A stretch of 64,000 nucleotides of DNA from an uncultured Holophagales bacterium (GCA_963842525.1 CAWJGT010000006.1:128001-192000), one strand, 5' to 3'; counted from the stretch's first letter, positions 39,812 to 50,523 are shown. The notes: generated by a model from the sequence alone, not told the origin. Translations and numbers: made by a program.

Positions 39812-40299
39812 TAGCGGAAGGCGCCCACCCTGACCACTCCCGGCTGATCGGCCACCCGCGCCAGCAGGTCGGCCACCGGAGTCCCGTCGGGCGGCACGGG
39901 GAGGTCGGGGGCGATGGCGGCGAGGGGCTCGAGCACGAAGCGGCGCTCGCGCAGGCGCGGGTGGGGGAGGGTCAGCTCGGGCGCCGTGGAGCACAGGCTG
40001 CCGTAGAGGAGGAGGTCGATATCGAGCGCGCGGGGGCCGAAGCGGGGGCCGCGGCGCCGGCCCGCCGCCCGCTCCAGCGCCTTGGCCAACGCGAGGACCG
40101 CCTCGGGACCGAGGTCGGTCCATCCCACCGCGGCGGTGTTCAGGTAGTCGGGCTGGGGGATCGGGGAGACCGCGGCCGTGCGGTAGAGCGGAGCCACCCG
40201 CAGGGGACCCAGGAAGGTCTCGAGCTGGCGGACGGCCCGCCGGAGAATCCGCTCGATCGCCTCGGGGGGCCCCAGGTTGCCACCCAGGGCGACCGCCAC
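39811..40299 (-). CDS. folK: 2-amino-4-hydroxy-6-hydroxymethyldihydropteridine diphosphokinase
   Basis: ALGGNLG, QPDYLN, GPRALDIDLL, LPHPRLRERRFVLEPL. Confidence 0.93.
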   Translation of the reverse strand: MAVALGGNLGPPEAIERILRRAVRQLETFLGPLRVAPLYRTAAVSPIPQPDYLNTAAVGWTDLGPEAVLALAKALERAAGRRRGPRFGPRALDIDLLLYGSLCSTAPELTLPHPRLRERRFVLEPLAAIAPDLPVPPDGTPVADLLARVADQPGVVRVGAFR

Positions 40300-40303
40300 G
40301 AGC

Positions 40304-40606
40304 TCACGCCTCGTCGTCGAGCTCCTCTTCCTCTTCGACTTCGTCGAGGTCCGCTTCGACGCCCTCGGGGACCACCTCTTCGTCGATGTCCTCGATCGGC
40401 ACCTCTTCGTCGATCTCCACGGGCGCCTTGACCTCGGCCTTGCGCCGGCGGCGCGACGCCTGGCCCGAGGCCGGGGCATCGTGCTGCGAGGCGTCCTTCT
40501 GGTTCGCGCCGCACTTCGGACAGAGCGGATCGCTCTTGCCGAGGTCGTAGAACTTCGTCGCGCAGCTATAGCAGGTGAATTTGGTTCCCAGTTTCAACTC
40601 TGGCAT
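40304..40606 (-). CDS. FYDLN acid domain protein (TIGR02300-like)
   Basis: [19 protein letters not shown]...CPKCG plus acidic tail. Confidence 0.88.
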   Translation of the reverse strand: MPELKLGTKFTCYSCATKFYDLGKSDPLCPKCGANQKDASQHDAPASGQASRRRRKAEVKAPVEIDEEVPIEDIDEEVVPEGVEADLDEVEEEEELDDEA

Positions 40607-40778
40607 GGATCGAAGCTCCCCTCTGGCGGTCGGCCGGAGGGCGGTGAAGCTAGCACCCGTCCGCGGGCCTGTCAACCGCCTCGCAAGCCTGCTAAAATCG
40701 AATCTGCCACGACCGGTCCCGCCGGGCGGGACGCTCCCGCCGGAAATTCCGACGCAGCTCCGGTTGTCTTGATGAAGG

Positions 40779-41519
40779 ATGAAGAAGAAGCTCGCCCTCT
40801 CGCTGACCCTCCTCGCCCTCCTGGTGTGGGCCTTGCCCGCCCTGGCCGCTCCAGCCCCGCCGGACCCGAAGTCGCCGAAGCTGAGCGGCAACCAGCGCCT
40901 CGAGGCGCTCATCGAGCGCATCAAGATCGAGCAGCAGCGGCTGAAGACCCTGGAGGCGAAGTTCGAGCAGCGCCAGGAGAGCTCGCTGCTGGCCGCGCCC
41001 GAGACCTCGACCGGCGTCTTCTCCTATGCGGCGCCCGACCGCGTCCGCTGGGAATACCTGGCACCCAATCCGATCTCGGTGGTCATCAAGGGCGACCAGA
41101 TGACGACCTGGTACCGCGACCTGCAGCGGGCCGAGCTGCTCAAGGTCGGCCGCTATTCGAACCAGATCTTCAAATACCTGGGGGCGAGCGGCAGCATGAA
41201 GTCGCTGCTGGAGTATTTCACCGTGACCCTGGGCACGTCGCCGAAGAAGGGTGAGCCCATCCGGCTCGAGCTGGTCCCGCGCTACCAGCGGATCGCCAAG
41301 CGGCTCAAGTCGATGACGATCTGGATCGACGACGAGATCTACATGCCCGTGCGCCTGCGCTACGTCGAGGCGGACGGCGACGTGACGGAGTACAAGTTCA
41401 CCGGCCTCAAGAGGAACGGCGGCATCCCCGAGGACCGCTTCGTCCTGCAGATTCCCAAGGGGGTCGAGACCCGGGTGATCGACCTCGGCCGCGAGGGCTC
41501 CGGGACGTCCGGGCACTGA
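40779..41519 (+). CDS. lolA: Outer-membrane lipoprotein carrier LolA family
   Basis: Signal peptide; LEAKFEQ...PDRVRWEY...; C-terminal FVLQIPKGV. Confidence 0.8.
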   Translation: MKKKLALSLTLLALLVWALPALAAPAPPDPKSPKLSGNQRLEALIERIKIEQQRLKTLEAKFEQRQESSLLAAPETSTGVFSYAAPDRVRWEYLAPNPISVVIKGDQMTTWYRDLQRAELLKVGRYSNQIFKYLGASGSMKSLLEYFTVTLGTSPKKGEPIRLELVPRYQRIAKRLKSMTIWIDDEIYMPVRLRYVEADGDVTEYKFTGLKRNGGIPEDRFVLQIPKGVETRVIDLGREGSGTSGH

Positions 41520-41526
41520 GGCCGGT

Positions 41527-42690
41527 GTGTCCTTGACATTCGAGGTCCTCGCCAGGTGCGGCGAGGCGCGCCAGGGCCGGCTCACCACCCCGCATGGGGT
41601 CGTCGAAACGCCGGCCTTCATGCCGGTGGGCACCCTGGGCGCCGTCAAGGGGGTCCCGCCGCAGGACCTGGAGGCCGCCGGAGCCTCGATCCTGCTCTGC
41701 AACCTCTATCACCTGGCGCTGCGTCCGGGGGTGGACGCGGTCGAGCGCCTGGGCGGGATCCACCGCTTCACCGGCTGGGAGCGGCCTCTCCTGACCGACA
41801 GCGGCGGCTTCCAGGTGTTCAGCCTGTCCACCCTGCGCAAGGTCGACGACGGCGGCGTGACCTTCCGCAGCCATCTCGACGGCTCGCCCCTGCGCTTCAC
41901 CCCCGAGAGCGTGGTGGACCTCCAGCAACGCATGGGAGTCGACATCGCCATGGTCCTCGACGAATGCCCCCCCTGGCCGATCGACGAAGCGGCGGCGGCG
42001 GCCTCGTGGCAAAGGACCCTCTCCTGGGCACGGCGGGCGCGCGAGGCTTGGCGGAATGACGCCGGCACCGGAGGCGGCCTCTTCGGCATCGTCCAGGGGA
42101 GCATCTATCCGGCTCTGCGCGCCCGGGCGGCGGCCGAGCTCTCCCAGATCGATTTCGACGGCTATGCGATCGGCGGTGTCAGCGTCGGCGAGCCGGACGC
42201 CGACCGGCGCGGGGTGGTGGAATGGACGGCTCCCGCCCTGCCGGCCGGCCGGCCGCGCTATCTGATGGGAGTCGGCTATCCGGAGGACATCCTGCATGCC
42301 GTGGGCTGCGGGGTCGACCTCTTCGACTGCGTGCTGCCGGCGCGCAACGCCCGGCACGGGGTCCTCTTCACCCGGGCCGGCGTGCTCAAGATCAAGAACG
42401 CCCGCTACCGGGAGGACGAGCGGCCGGTCGATCCCGGCTGCGGCTGTCCAGCCTGCACCCGGGTGTCGCGCGCCTTCCTGCACCACCTGGCGCGCGCCGG
42501 GGAGCTGACCGCGGCGGTCCTCGCGACCCTGCACAACGTGCGCTTCTACCTTGACTTCATGGCGGACATCCGGCAGGCTATCACGCTCGGTACGTTTGCG
42601 GACTTGGCGGATACGCTCGCCACCCGTTCCACTCCCCTCGAGCAAAGGAGCTCTGAGCAGGAACGACCTGCCGGGGATTTGCACGCATGA
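41527..42690 (+). CDS. tgt: tRNA guanosine(34) transglycosylase
   Basis: TPAFMPVGT, LTDSGGFQVFSL, GIVQG, RYLMGVG, DLFDCV, CGCPAC. Confidence 0.96.
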   Translation: MSLTFEVLARCGEARQGRLTTPHGVVETPAFMPVGTLGAVKGVPPQDLEAAGASILLCNLYHLALRPGVDAVERLGGIHRFTGWERPLLTDSGGFQVFSLSTLRKVDDGGVTFRSHLDGSPLRFTPESVVDLQQRMGVDIAMVLDECPPWPIDEAAAAASWQRTLSWARRAREAWRNDAGTGGGLFGIVQGSIYPALRARAAAELSQIDFDGYAIGGVSVGEPDADRRGVVEWTAPALPAGRPRYLMGVGYPEDILHAVGCGVDLFDCVLPARNARHGVLFTRAGVLKIKNARYREDERPVDPGCGCPACTRVSRAFLHHLARAGELTAAVLATLHNVRFYLDFMADIRQAITLGTFADLADTLATRSTPLEQRSSEQERPAGDLHA

Positions 42691-43031
42691 TGACACCCGA
42701 ATTCTGGAGCCTGTGGACGCCGCTCGCCTTTCAAGCCGGTGGACTGGACCTGGGAGGCCTGCTCTCCTTCGTCCCGTTTCTCGGCATCGTCGCGATCTTC
42801 TACTTCATCGTCTTCGTCCCGGCACGACGCCGGCAGAAGGAATTCCAGAACCTGCTGGCCAACATCAAAAAAGGCGACCGGATCGTGACGACGGGGGGGC
42901 TGTACGGCGAGATCGTCTCGGTAGACAACGCCACGGCGATCCTGAAGATCGCCGACGGCGTCAAGGTGAAGATCGCCAAGTCGGCGATCGCCACCCTCGA
43001 GCCCGAGGGTGACAAAGGGGACAATCGATGA
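42687..43031 (+). CDS. yajC: Preprotein translocase subunit YajC
   Basis: IFYFIVFVPARRRQK, GDRIVTTGGLYG. Confidence 0.93.
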   Translation: MMTPEFWSLWTPLAFQAGGLDLGGLLSFVPFLGIVAIFYFIVFVPARRRQKEFQNLLANIKKGDRIVTTGGLYGEIVSVDNATAILKIADGVKVKIAKSAIATLEPEGDKGDNR

Positions 43032-44626
43032 AACGCAATCTGCTCTGGCGTGGCCTGCTGATCCTGGCCGTCCTGCTCTGGGCGGCCCTGTCCATCTATC
43101 CTCCTTCGCAGATCAAGAAGCTCTTCCAGGGTGAGAATCCCGAGCCGGATATCGACCTCGGGCTCGACCTCCAGGGCGGCATGCAACTGGTCCTCCAGGT
43201 GCACACCGAGGATGCCCTGCGGGCCGAGGCCGATTCGGACATGAACGTCTTGATCCAACAGGCCCAGGAGAAGGGCGTCACCCTGCGCGGTGAGCGCACC
43301 GGCGACACCTCCATCGCAGTCACCGGCTTCACGCCGGACAACCGGAGCTCCGTCGCCGATCTGGCCGACCGCTACCTGGGCGGCTGGAACCTGAACGCGC
43401 AGGACAACCGGCTGGTCTTCACCATGAAGCCGGACTACGCCAACAACATCCGCAAGATGGCGGTCACCCAGGCCAAGCAGACCATCGACAACCGGGTCAA
43501 TGCGTACGGCGTGGCCGAGCCGGTGATCCAGGAGACCACCGACTACCGCATCCTGGTGCAGCTCCCGGGCATCGACGACCCGGACCGCGTGCGCCGCCTG
43601 ATCAAGAACACCGCCTTCCTGGAGTTCCGGATCGTCCGTTACCCCGAGGGCGGCGGCGGCGTGCCGAGCCGCGACCTGATCCTCCAGCACTACAGCGGCC
43701 AGGTCCCCGCGGACGTCGAGATCCTCGAGGGCGACCAGCGCGACCAGGAGAACAAGGTCATCGGCAAGATGTACTACGCGGTGGACAAGAGCCGTACGGT
43801 CACCGGCCGGGACCTGCAGACCGCGCGCCCGGGCATGGGGCAGTTCAACCAGCCGAACGTCGAGTTCACCCTGACCCCCGAGGGCTCGAGCAAGTTCGCG
43901 GACCTGACCGGCGCCAACGTCGGCAAGGGCCTCGCCATCGTCCTCGACGGCCGGGTGGCCTCCGCGCCGGTGATCAAGTCGCGGATCAGCGACCAGGGCC
44001 AGATCGAGGGCGGCTTCGACCAGCAGGAGGCGCAGGACCTCTCCACCACGCTGCGCTCCGGCGCCCTGCCTGCCGGCATCACCTACCTGGAGGAGCGCAC
44101 GGTCGGCCCCTCGCTCGGCCGCGATTCGATCGAGAAGGGCATCCTGGCAGGCCTGGTCGGCACCGCCCTGGTCGTCCTCTACATGCTGATCATCTACAAC
44201 CTGAGCGGATTGAACGCCGTGCTCGCCCTGGCGCTCAACATCCTGCTGTTGTTCGGCGGACTCGCGATCGTCAACGGGGCCCTCACCCTGCCGGGCATCG
44301 CCGGCATCATCCTGACGATCGGCATGGCGGTGGATGCCAACGTGCTGATCTTCGAGCGCATCCGCGAGGAGCTGCACGCCGGCCGCACCATCCGCTCGGC
44401 GATCGACCTCGGGTACGAGAAGGCGCTGTCGGCGATCATCGATTCCAACGTCACGACCCTGATCGCGGCCGCCTTCCTGTACCAGTTCGGCACCGGCCCG
44501 ATCAAGGGCTTCGCGGTCACGCTGACCATCGGTCTGCTGGCTTCCCTGTTCACCGCCGTCTTCGTCAGCCGCTGGATGTTCAACGTCGTGCTGCAGCGCT
44601 TCCGCATCCAGCGGTTGTCGATCTAG
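43028..44626 (+). CDS. secD: Protein translocase subunit SecD
   Basis: LGLDLQGG, LRSGALP, VGPSLG, GMAVDANVLIFERIREE. Confidence 0.96.
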   Translation: MKRNLLWRGLLILAVLLWAALSIYPPSQIKKLFQGENPEPDIDLGLDLQGGMQLVLQVHTEDALRAEADSDMNVLIQQAQEKGVTLRGERTGDTSIAVTGFTPDNRSSVADLADRYLGGWNLNAQDNRLVFTMKPDYANNIRKMAVTQAKQTIDNRVNAYGVAEPVIQETTDYRILVQLPGIDDPDRVRRLIKNTAFLEFRIVRYPEGGGGVPSRDLILQHYSGQVPADVEILEGDQRDQENKVIGKMYYAVDKSRTVTGRDLQTARPGMGQFNQPNVEFTLTPEGSSKFADLTGANVGKGLAIVLDGRVASAPVIKSRISDQGQIEGGFDQQEAQDLSTTLRSGALPAGITYLEERTVGPSLGRDSIEKGILAGLVGTALVVLYMLIIYNLSGLNAVLALALNILLLFGGLAIVNGALTLPGIAGIILTIGMAVDANVLIFERIREELHAGRTIRSAIDLGYEKALSAIIDSNVTTLIAAAFLYQFGTGPIKGFAVTLTIGLLASLFTAVFVSRWMFNVVLQRFRIQRLSI

Positions 44627-44654
44627 GCGCCGGGACCATCCGAGGAGCATTGCC

Positions 44655-45938
44655 ATGGAGATCCTGCGCAATACCAACTTTGATTTCATGAAGTACCGGA
44701 AGTACTGGGTGATCGTCTCGCTCGCCCTGGTGCTGGGAGGGATCTTCTCGGTCTTCGTGCACGGCCAGCTCAACGTCGGCATCGACTTCGCCGGCGGTAC
44801 GCAGATCAGCCTGCAGTTCCGCGACCGGCCGCCGATCGACCGGCTGCGCGTGGCGCTCCAGCGCGAGGGCATGGGCGACGCCTCGATCCAGCGTTTCGGC
44901 GGAGAGGAAGAGAACGAGGTGATCATCCGCACCCGGCTCAGGGAAGGAGAGACCGAGGGGAGCCGCGCCCGGGTCGAGACCGCGCTCAACCGCGAGCTCA
45001 ACCCGGACCAGGGCAGCAAGCTGGACCTGAACCGGGCGGGGGCGGATGCCGTCGCCGGCCTGCTTTTCAACGCCGATCCGGAACGCCTGCGCCCGCGGGG
45101 CGAAGGCGCGGCCCGCGCGCGCTACCAGGCGGTGGCCGGGAAGATCCTCGCCAAGCGGCGCGAGGCCGGCATCATCCCGTCCTGGGACGTGGTGCGCAGC
45201 ATCCCGGAGGTGAGCCCGGAGACGTTCCGGGTCCTGCAGAGCCAGGCCGATGTGGGCAACTTCACCGTGACCGGCACCGAGAACGTCGGCCCGCAGATCG
45301 GCGAGGAGCTGCGCCGGCAGGGCTTCTGGGTGGTCGTCCTCTCGCTGTTCGCCACGCTGGCCTACATCTGGTTCCGCTTCGAGCTGCGCTTCGGGATCGG
45401 CGCCATCATGGCCTGCGTGCACGACGTGCTGGTCACCCTGCTGTTCTTCACCCTCTTCGACTACGAGTTCAACCTGACCACGATCGCGGCCTTCCTGACC
45501 CTGATCGGCTATTCGGTGAACGACACGGTGGTGATCTTCGACCGCATCCGCGAGAACATGCGGAAGAACCGCCGCAAGCCGCTGATCGAGACGATGAACG
45601 AGTCCATGAACCAGACGCTGGCGCGCACGATCCTGACCGGCGGCTCGACGCTGCTCGCCCTGGCCGCGCTGCTCTGGCTGGGCAGCGACGTCATCGAAGG
45701 CTTCGCCTTCGTGATGTTCGTCGGCATCCTGGTCGGCACCTACTCGTCGATCTACGTGGCGAGCCCGTTCGCCCTGCTCTGGGAGCAGATCTTCGGCACC
45801 AAGGCCAAGCCCTCCGGGCGCTCCGCCACCGCACGGACCGAGCCGGACACGAAGCCCGAGCCCAGGATGGGGTCGGCCCCTCCGCCGCCGGCCGAGAAGC
45901 CCAAGCGGCGCGAGCCCCAGGCCGCCCGGCGGTCGTAG
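44655..45938 (+). CDS. secF: Protein translocase subunit SecF
   Basis: GIDFAGG, VGPQIG, GYSVNDTVVIFDRIRE, GTYSSIYVA. Confidence 0.96.
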   Translation: MEILRNTNFDFMKYRKYWVIVSLALVLGGIFSVFVHGQLNVGIDFAGGTQISLQFRDRPPIDRLRVALQREGMGDASIQRFGGEEENEVIIRTRLREGETEGSRARVETALNRELNPDQGSKLDLNRAGADAVAGLLFNADPERLRPRGEGAARARYQAVAGKILAKRREAGIIPSWDVVRSIPEVSPETFRVLQSQADVGNFTVTGTENVGPQIGEELRRQGFWVVVLSLFATLAYIWFRFELRFGIGAIMACVHDVLVTLLFFTLFDYEFNLTTIAAFLTLIGYSVNDTVVIFDRIRENMRKNRRKPLIETMNESMNQTLARTILTGGSTLLALAALLWLGSDVIEGFAFVMFVGILVGTYSSIYVASPFALLWEQIFGTKAKPSGRSATARTEPDTKPEPRMGSAPPPPAEKPKRREPQAARRS

Positions 45939-46214
45939 CCTCACCCCCTGTCCCCCTCTCCCATCGCCCCCCCTTCCCCCGGGAGAGGGGGGACGTGGCT
46001 CAGGCCATAGAGGCAAGGTCGAGGCACTGCCGTGGCGGTGTCATCCTGAGCGCAGCGAAGGATCTGGGCGGGCGAAGCTTTCCATCCCCCAGATCCTTCG
46101 CTGCGCTCAGGATGACATGGCGGGGCAGCTACGACCTCGCGCAGATCGCCTCAACGACGTCCCCCCTCTCCCGGTCGGTGGGGGGGCGATGGGAGAGGGG
46201 GACAGGGGGTGAGG
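45939..46214. mobile_element. ~275-bp composite palindromic REP/MITE-like element, copy 2 (inverted relative to 31706-31980)
   Basis: Its reverse complement aligns with copy 1, including the unique linker GACGTCGTTGAGGCGATCTGCGCGAGGTCG. Confidence 0.8.
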
Positions 46215-46329
46215 TCCTAATTCAAAAATATCGATAAGGGCCGGGGAACACTCCCGGCCTTATAATCGTTTTCCTTCTCGGAGCGCTGTCTTCGCTGCGG
46301 CGACTTTTCGGCCGGCGTCTCCCGAGCAC

Positions 46330-48576
46330 ATGGCCATTTCGAGCAAGAACATCGCGACCCCGGTGACGCCACCGGCGGTGACCCGCTTCCAGGAGATCCT
46401 CGACTGCCTGGAGGCGCGGCGCCGCGCCTCGGACCCGTCCTTCCTGCGCGCGGTCTACGACTTCTCCGCCGAGATGCACCGCGACCAGCTCCGCCGCTCC
46501 GGCGAGCCGTACATGGTCCATCCGCTCAACGTGGCCTGGCTGCTGGCCGACCTCAACTTCGACCAGACCTGCGTCGCCGTCGGCCTGCTGCACGACGTGC
46601 TGGAAGACACCCTGACCACGCGCGAGGTCCTGGAGAGCGAGTTCGGGGGGGAGATCGCCGAGCTCGTCGACGGCGTCACCAAGATCGGCCGCCACGAGTA
46701 CGTGCGCCGCGACGAGGCCCAGGCCGAGACCTTCCGCAAGATGATCCTGGCCTCGGCCAAGGACATCCGGGTGATCGTCGTCAAGCTCGCCGACCGGCTG
46801 CACAACATGCAGACCCTGCAGCACCTGTCGCCCGAGGCGCGGCGGCGGATCTCGCGCGAGACGCTGGAGATCTACTCCCCGATCGCCCACCGGCTCGGCA
46901 TGGCCAAGGTCAAGGGCGACCTCGAGGACCTCGCCTTCTTCCACCTCTATCCGCACCAGTTCGGCGAGCTCCACACCCGCATCACCGAGAAGATGCGGCT
47001 GGCCCAGGACGACATCCGGGACATCCACGAGAAGCTGGCGAAGAGCCTGGAGGCGGGCGGCGTCGAGGCCGAGATCAGCTTCCGCGTCAAGCGCTACTAC
47101 TCGATCTACGAGAAGCTGCGCCGCCAGGGGATCGATATCTCGCAGCTCTACGACTACCTGGCCTTCCGGATCGTCACCACGGGCCTCAAGGACACCTACG
47201 CCGCCCTGGGCACCGTGCACCAGGCCTGGCGCCCCATCCCGGGCCGCTTCAAGGACTACATCGCGATGCCCAAGCCGAACGGCTACCAGTCCCTGCACAC
47301 CACCGTGGTGGGGTCCAAGGGGCAGCCGTTCGAAGTGCAGATCCGCACGCGCGAGATGGACCTGGTGGCGGAAGAGGGGATCGCCGCCCACTGGCGCTAC
47401 AAGGAGGGCCGGGTCGAGAACCGCGACTACGACCCGAACATCCTCTGGCTGCGCCAGCTCCTGGAGTGGCAGAAGGAGGTGCAGGACCCGCGCACCTTCC
47501 TCACCACCCTCAAGGTCGACCTCTATCCGGACGAGGTCTACGTCTTCACCCCCAAAGGAGACGTCCTCGCTTTCCCGCGCGGCGCCACCCCGCTCGACTT
47601 CGCCTACCGGGTGCACACCGACGTCGGCCACCACTGTGCCGGCGCGCGCGTCAACGGCCGCCTGGTGCCGCTGCGCACGCCGCTCCAGAACGGCGACATG
47701 ATCGAGATCCTGACCAACCCGGCGCGCAACCCGAGCCGCGACTGGCTGACCTTCGTCGTCACCTCGCGCGCCAAGAGCAAGATCCGCCAGTGGCTCAGTA
47801 CGCAGCAGAAGCAGCGGGCCGTGGAGATCGGCCGCCGCCTGTTCGAGAAGGAGGTCCGGAAGTACGGCTCCACCCTGCGGAAGGTCGTGGACGCGCCCGA
47901 AATGGCCGCCTACCTCCAGGGTGAAGGGCTCTCCAGGGTCGACGACCTCTACAGCCGGGTCGGCTTCGGCAAGACCGAGAGCCGGCAGGTGCTGGCGCGC
48001 ATCCTGGGCGAGGAGAAGATGGCCGAGGCGGGGGACAAGCAGCCTCCCGGCAAGATCCGCCAGGCGGTCAGCAAGATCCTCCCCTTTGGCGGTCCGACCA
48101 CCGGGCCGATCCGCGTCAAGGGGCACGGCGACCTGCTGGCCTATCTGGCGAAGTGCTGCAATCCGCTGCCGGGCGAGGAGATCGTCGGCTACGTGACGCG
48201 CGGACGCGGCGTGTCGGTCCACTCCACCGACTGTCCGAATGTCAAGAACCTCATGTACAACCCGGAGCGCGAGATCGAGGTCGAGTGGGCGCGCGGCAAG
48301 GACGACGTCTACCAGATCTCGCTGCTGATCGAGACCGCCGACCAGCCGGGGATGCTGGCGCGCCTGACCGAGGTGATCACCAAGGTGGGGAGCAACATCA
48401 CGCAGATCGAAGCGGAGACCCACGACACCGGCCGCGCCTCGATCGGCGTAGTCTGCCAGCTCCGCGACCGCAAGCACCTGGACAAGCTGATCCGCGAGGT
48501 GCGCTCGATCTCCGGCGTCTTCCGCGTCGACCGCCGCATGACCGGCGGCGGCACGTTCGCCGAAGCGGTCACCTGA
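46330..48576 (+). CDS. spoT: Bifunctional (p)ppGpp synthetase/hydrolase
   Basis: RRSGEPY, LLHDVLED, KLADRLHNM, KDYIAMPKPNGYQSLHT, TGS, CCNPLPG, ACT. Confidence 0.95.
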   Translation: MAISSKNIATPVTPPAVTRFQEILDCLEARRRASDPSFLRAVYDFSAEMHRDQLRRSGEPYMVHPLNVAWLLADLNFDQTCVAVGLLHDVLEDTLTTREVLESEFGGEIAELVDGVTKIGRHEYVRRDEAQAETFRKMILASAKDIRVIVVKLADRLHNMQTLQHLSPEARRRISRETLEIYSPIAHRLGMAKVKGDLEDLAFFHLYPHQFGELHTRITEKMRLAQDDIRDIHEKLAKSLEAGGVEAEISFRVKRYYSIYEKLRRQGIDISQLYDYLAFRIVTTGLKDTYAALGTVHQAWRPIPGRFKDYIAMPKPNGYQSLHTTVVGSKGQPFEVQIRTREMDLVAEEGIAAHWRYKEGRVENRDYDPNILWLRQLLEWQKEVQDPRTFLTTLKVDLYPDEVYVFTPKGDVLAFPRGATPLDFAYRVHTDVGHHCAGARVNGRLVPLRTPLQNGDMIEILTNPARNPSRDWLTFVVTSRAKSKIRQWLSTQQKQRAVEIGRRLFEKEVRKYGSTLRKVVDAPEMAAYLQGEGLSRVDDLYSRVGFGKTESRQVLARILGEEKMAEAGDKQPPGKIRQAVSKILPFGGPTTGPIRVKGHGDLLAYLAKCCNPLPGEEIVGYVTRGRGVSVHSTDCPNVKNLMYNPEREIEVEWARGKDDVYQISLLIETADQPGMLARLTEVITKVGSNITQIEAETHDTGRASIGVVCQLRDRKHLDKLIREVRSISGVFRVDRRMTGGGTFAEAVT

Positions 48577-48636
48577 CCTGAACGCTGGTGTGGGTGTGTC
48601 GGGGCGGGTTGGGGGAGGGGCGGCGGGGCGATCCGC

Positions 48637-48867
48637 CTACTGCGCCGCCTCGCCCTCTTCCGGCTTCCAGCTCCGCACCGGCGCCTTGACGACTTTGCCG
48701 CTGCGCAGGCAGCGGGTGCAGGTCCAGATCCGCCGCACCCTGCCCTCGATGAGCGCCCGCACGTGCTGCAGGTTGGGCTCCCAGGTGCGCGACGTGACGT
48801 TGTGCGCGTGGCTGACATTGCGGCCGAAGACCGTCTTCTTACCGCAGATCTCGCATTCCTTGGCCAT
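48637..48867 (-). CDS. rpmB: 50S ribosomal protein L28 (Zn-ribbon type)
   Basis: CEICGK...GRNVSHAHN...WEPNL...CTRCLRSGK. Confidence 0.93.
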   Translation of the reverse strand: MAKECEICGKKTVFGRNVSHAHNVTSRTWEPNLQHVRALIEGRVRRIWTCTRCLRSGKVVKAPVRSWKPEEGEAAQ

Positions 48868-48970
48868 GATCTCTCTCCTTCACCCGGGCAGACTCCTACC
48901 CTGAGGGGCAGGGAAGAATACCAGGAAGACGGGCGGGGGGGCAAGGGCGCCCCGCACCGAACGCACCGAA

Positions 48971-49537
48971 GTCTCGGGACGCTGCTTCAGCGTGAGCTCA
49001 CGCTGGTTTTGCGGAGCGTACGCTGGGCCAGCGTCTCGGGACACTGCTTCAGCGTGAGCTCACGCTGGTTTTGCGGAGCGTACGCTGAGCCAGCGTCCCG
49101 GGACACTGCTCCAGCGTGAGCTCACGCTGGTTTTGCGGAGCGTACGCTGAGCCAGCGTCCCGGGACACTGCTCCAGCGTGAGCTCACGCTGGTTTTGCGG
49201 AGCGTACGCTGAGCCAGCGTCCCGGGACACTGCTCCAGCGTGAGCTCACGCTGGTTTTGCGGAGCGTACGCTGAGCCAGCGTCCCGGGACACTGCGCCAG
49301 CGTGAGCTCACGCTGGCTTTGCGGAGCGTACGCTGGGCCAGCGTCCCGGGACACTGCTCCAGCGTGAGCTCACGCTGGTTTTGCGGAGCGTACGCTGAGC
49401 CAGCGTCCCGGGACACTGCTCCAGCGTGAGCTCACGCTGGTTTTGCGGAGCGTACGCTGAGCCAGCGTCCCGGGACACTGCGCCAGCGTGAGCTCACGCT
49501 GGCTTTGCGGAGCGTACGCTGAGCCAGCGTCCCGAGA
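48971..49537. repeat. Tandem array of 9 x 62 bp plus a 9-bp partial unit; each unit has three palindromes
   Basis: Unit GTCCCGGGACACTGCTCCAGCGTGAGCTCACGCTGGTTTTGCGGAGCGTACGCTGAGCCAGC starting at 48971, 49033, ..., 49467. Confidence 0.97.
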
Positions 49538-50523
49538 TCATTTGCCCGCCCGCCGCAGGTCGGCCAGGAAGCCATGGGCCATCTCCAGGGTGATCGTCTC
49601 CCTCTCCACAGCCTCGCAGAACAGCTTGATCGTGGCGAAGGCCTCGCGGGAGACCTTCTGGGCCTGGAACACAGGTACGAGCTGCCGGGTCAGCTCCTGG
49701 ACCTCGGCGGTCCTGTCCTGGCCCAGGTAGAGGACGGCCAGCTCCAGGGAGACCAGAGCCGTGTCGTAGGCGATGTCGAGCGTCAAGAATTCTTTGTGCA
49801 CCTGCTCGAAGGCCGCTTCGGTGCCCTGGGGCTCGCCGCGAAAGTTGGCGATCCTCCCGCCCAGCCAGGTCAGGCGCACCAGATCGAGCTGGTTGCCGAG
49901 CCGGATCGCCTGGTCCCGGACCTCGTCGATCATGGCCTCGGCTTCGGTGTGTCGGCCGAACTCCGCCAGCTCGATGGCCTTATCGGCGTCGTGGGCCGCG
50001 GCTTCGATGCTCAAGTTGCACAGAAGCTCGCTAAGCCCCAACTGTGGAATTCCGGGCTCTGCCGCACCTGAGTCCGCCTCTGCTCGGGCGCGAGGGGCTT
50101 CAGGCGATCCCACAGCCAGGGGGCAATGCGCCGCTCCACTTCGGCTGCTTCCCAGGCGGATGGATGAGGCTGCCCGGGCAGAGCTTCGAGCTGCTTTCCC
50201 AGCGAGGTCTCCAGTATCCGGGCGAGCCGCACCGCGGACCGGGTGGCACCGGCCGCCGTCGAGCCTCCCTGCAAAGTGAGCTCGGCATAGGGGGCAAGGA
50301 GGTCGGCGACGGCTTCCAGAAGCGGGATCGTCACGCGCAAGGCATGGGCGAGCCGCCGGAGCGTCGCGGGCTGCGGGATGAGCAGGCCCTGCTCGTAGTC
50401 CAGAACCACGTGCGGCTTCAGCCGGGCAGCCCGGGCCACGTCTTCCGGGCTCAGGCGGCGCAGCGCCCGGAACGCGGCCAGTGCTGCATGAAGGCCGGGC
50501 CGTCCTTGCGGTCTCTTCCTCAT
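49538..50523 (-). CDS. XRE-family HTH plus TPR-like helical regulator (1-nt frameshift in a G run near 50037; probably internally deleted)
   Basis: GGAGGAG RBS; FRALRRLSPEDVARAARL...DYEQG...PQPATLRRLAHAL; helical C-terminus YDTALVSLELAVLYL. Confidence 0.8.

Noticed and set aside
48971-49537. CRISPR array
   Set aside because: Units are near-identical over all 62 bp, there are no unique spacers, and no cas genes are present.
50030-50045. Programmed frameshift or phase variation in the XRE/TPR gene
   Set aside because: Only a G4 run, and similar single-base indels occur throughout the window, so sequencing error is more likely.
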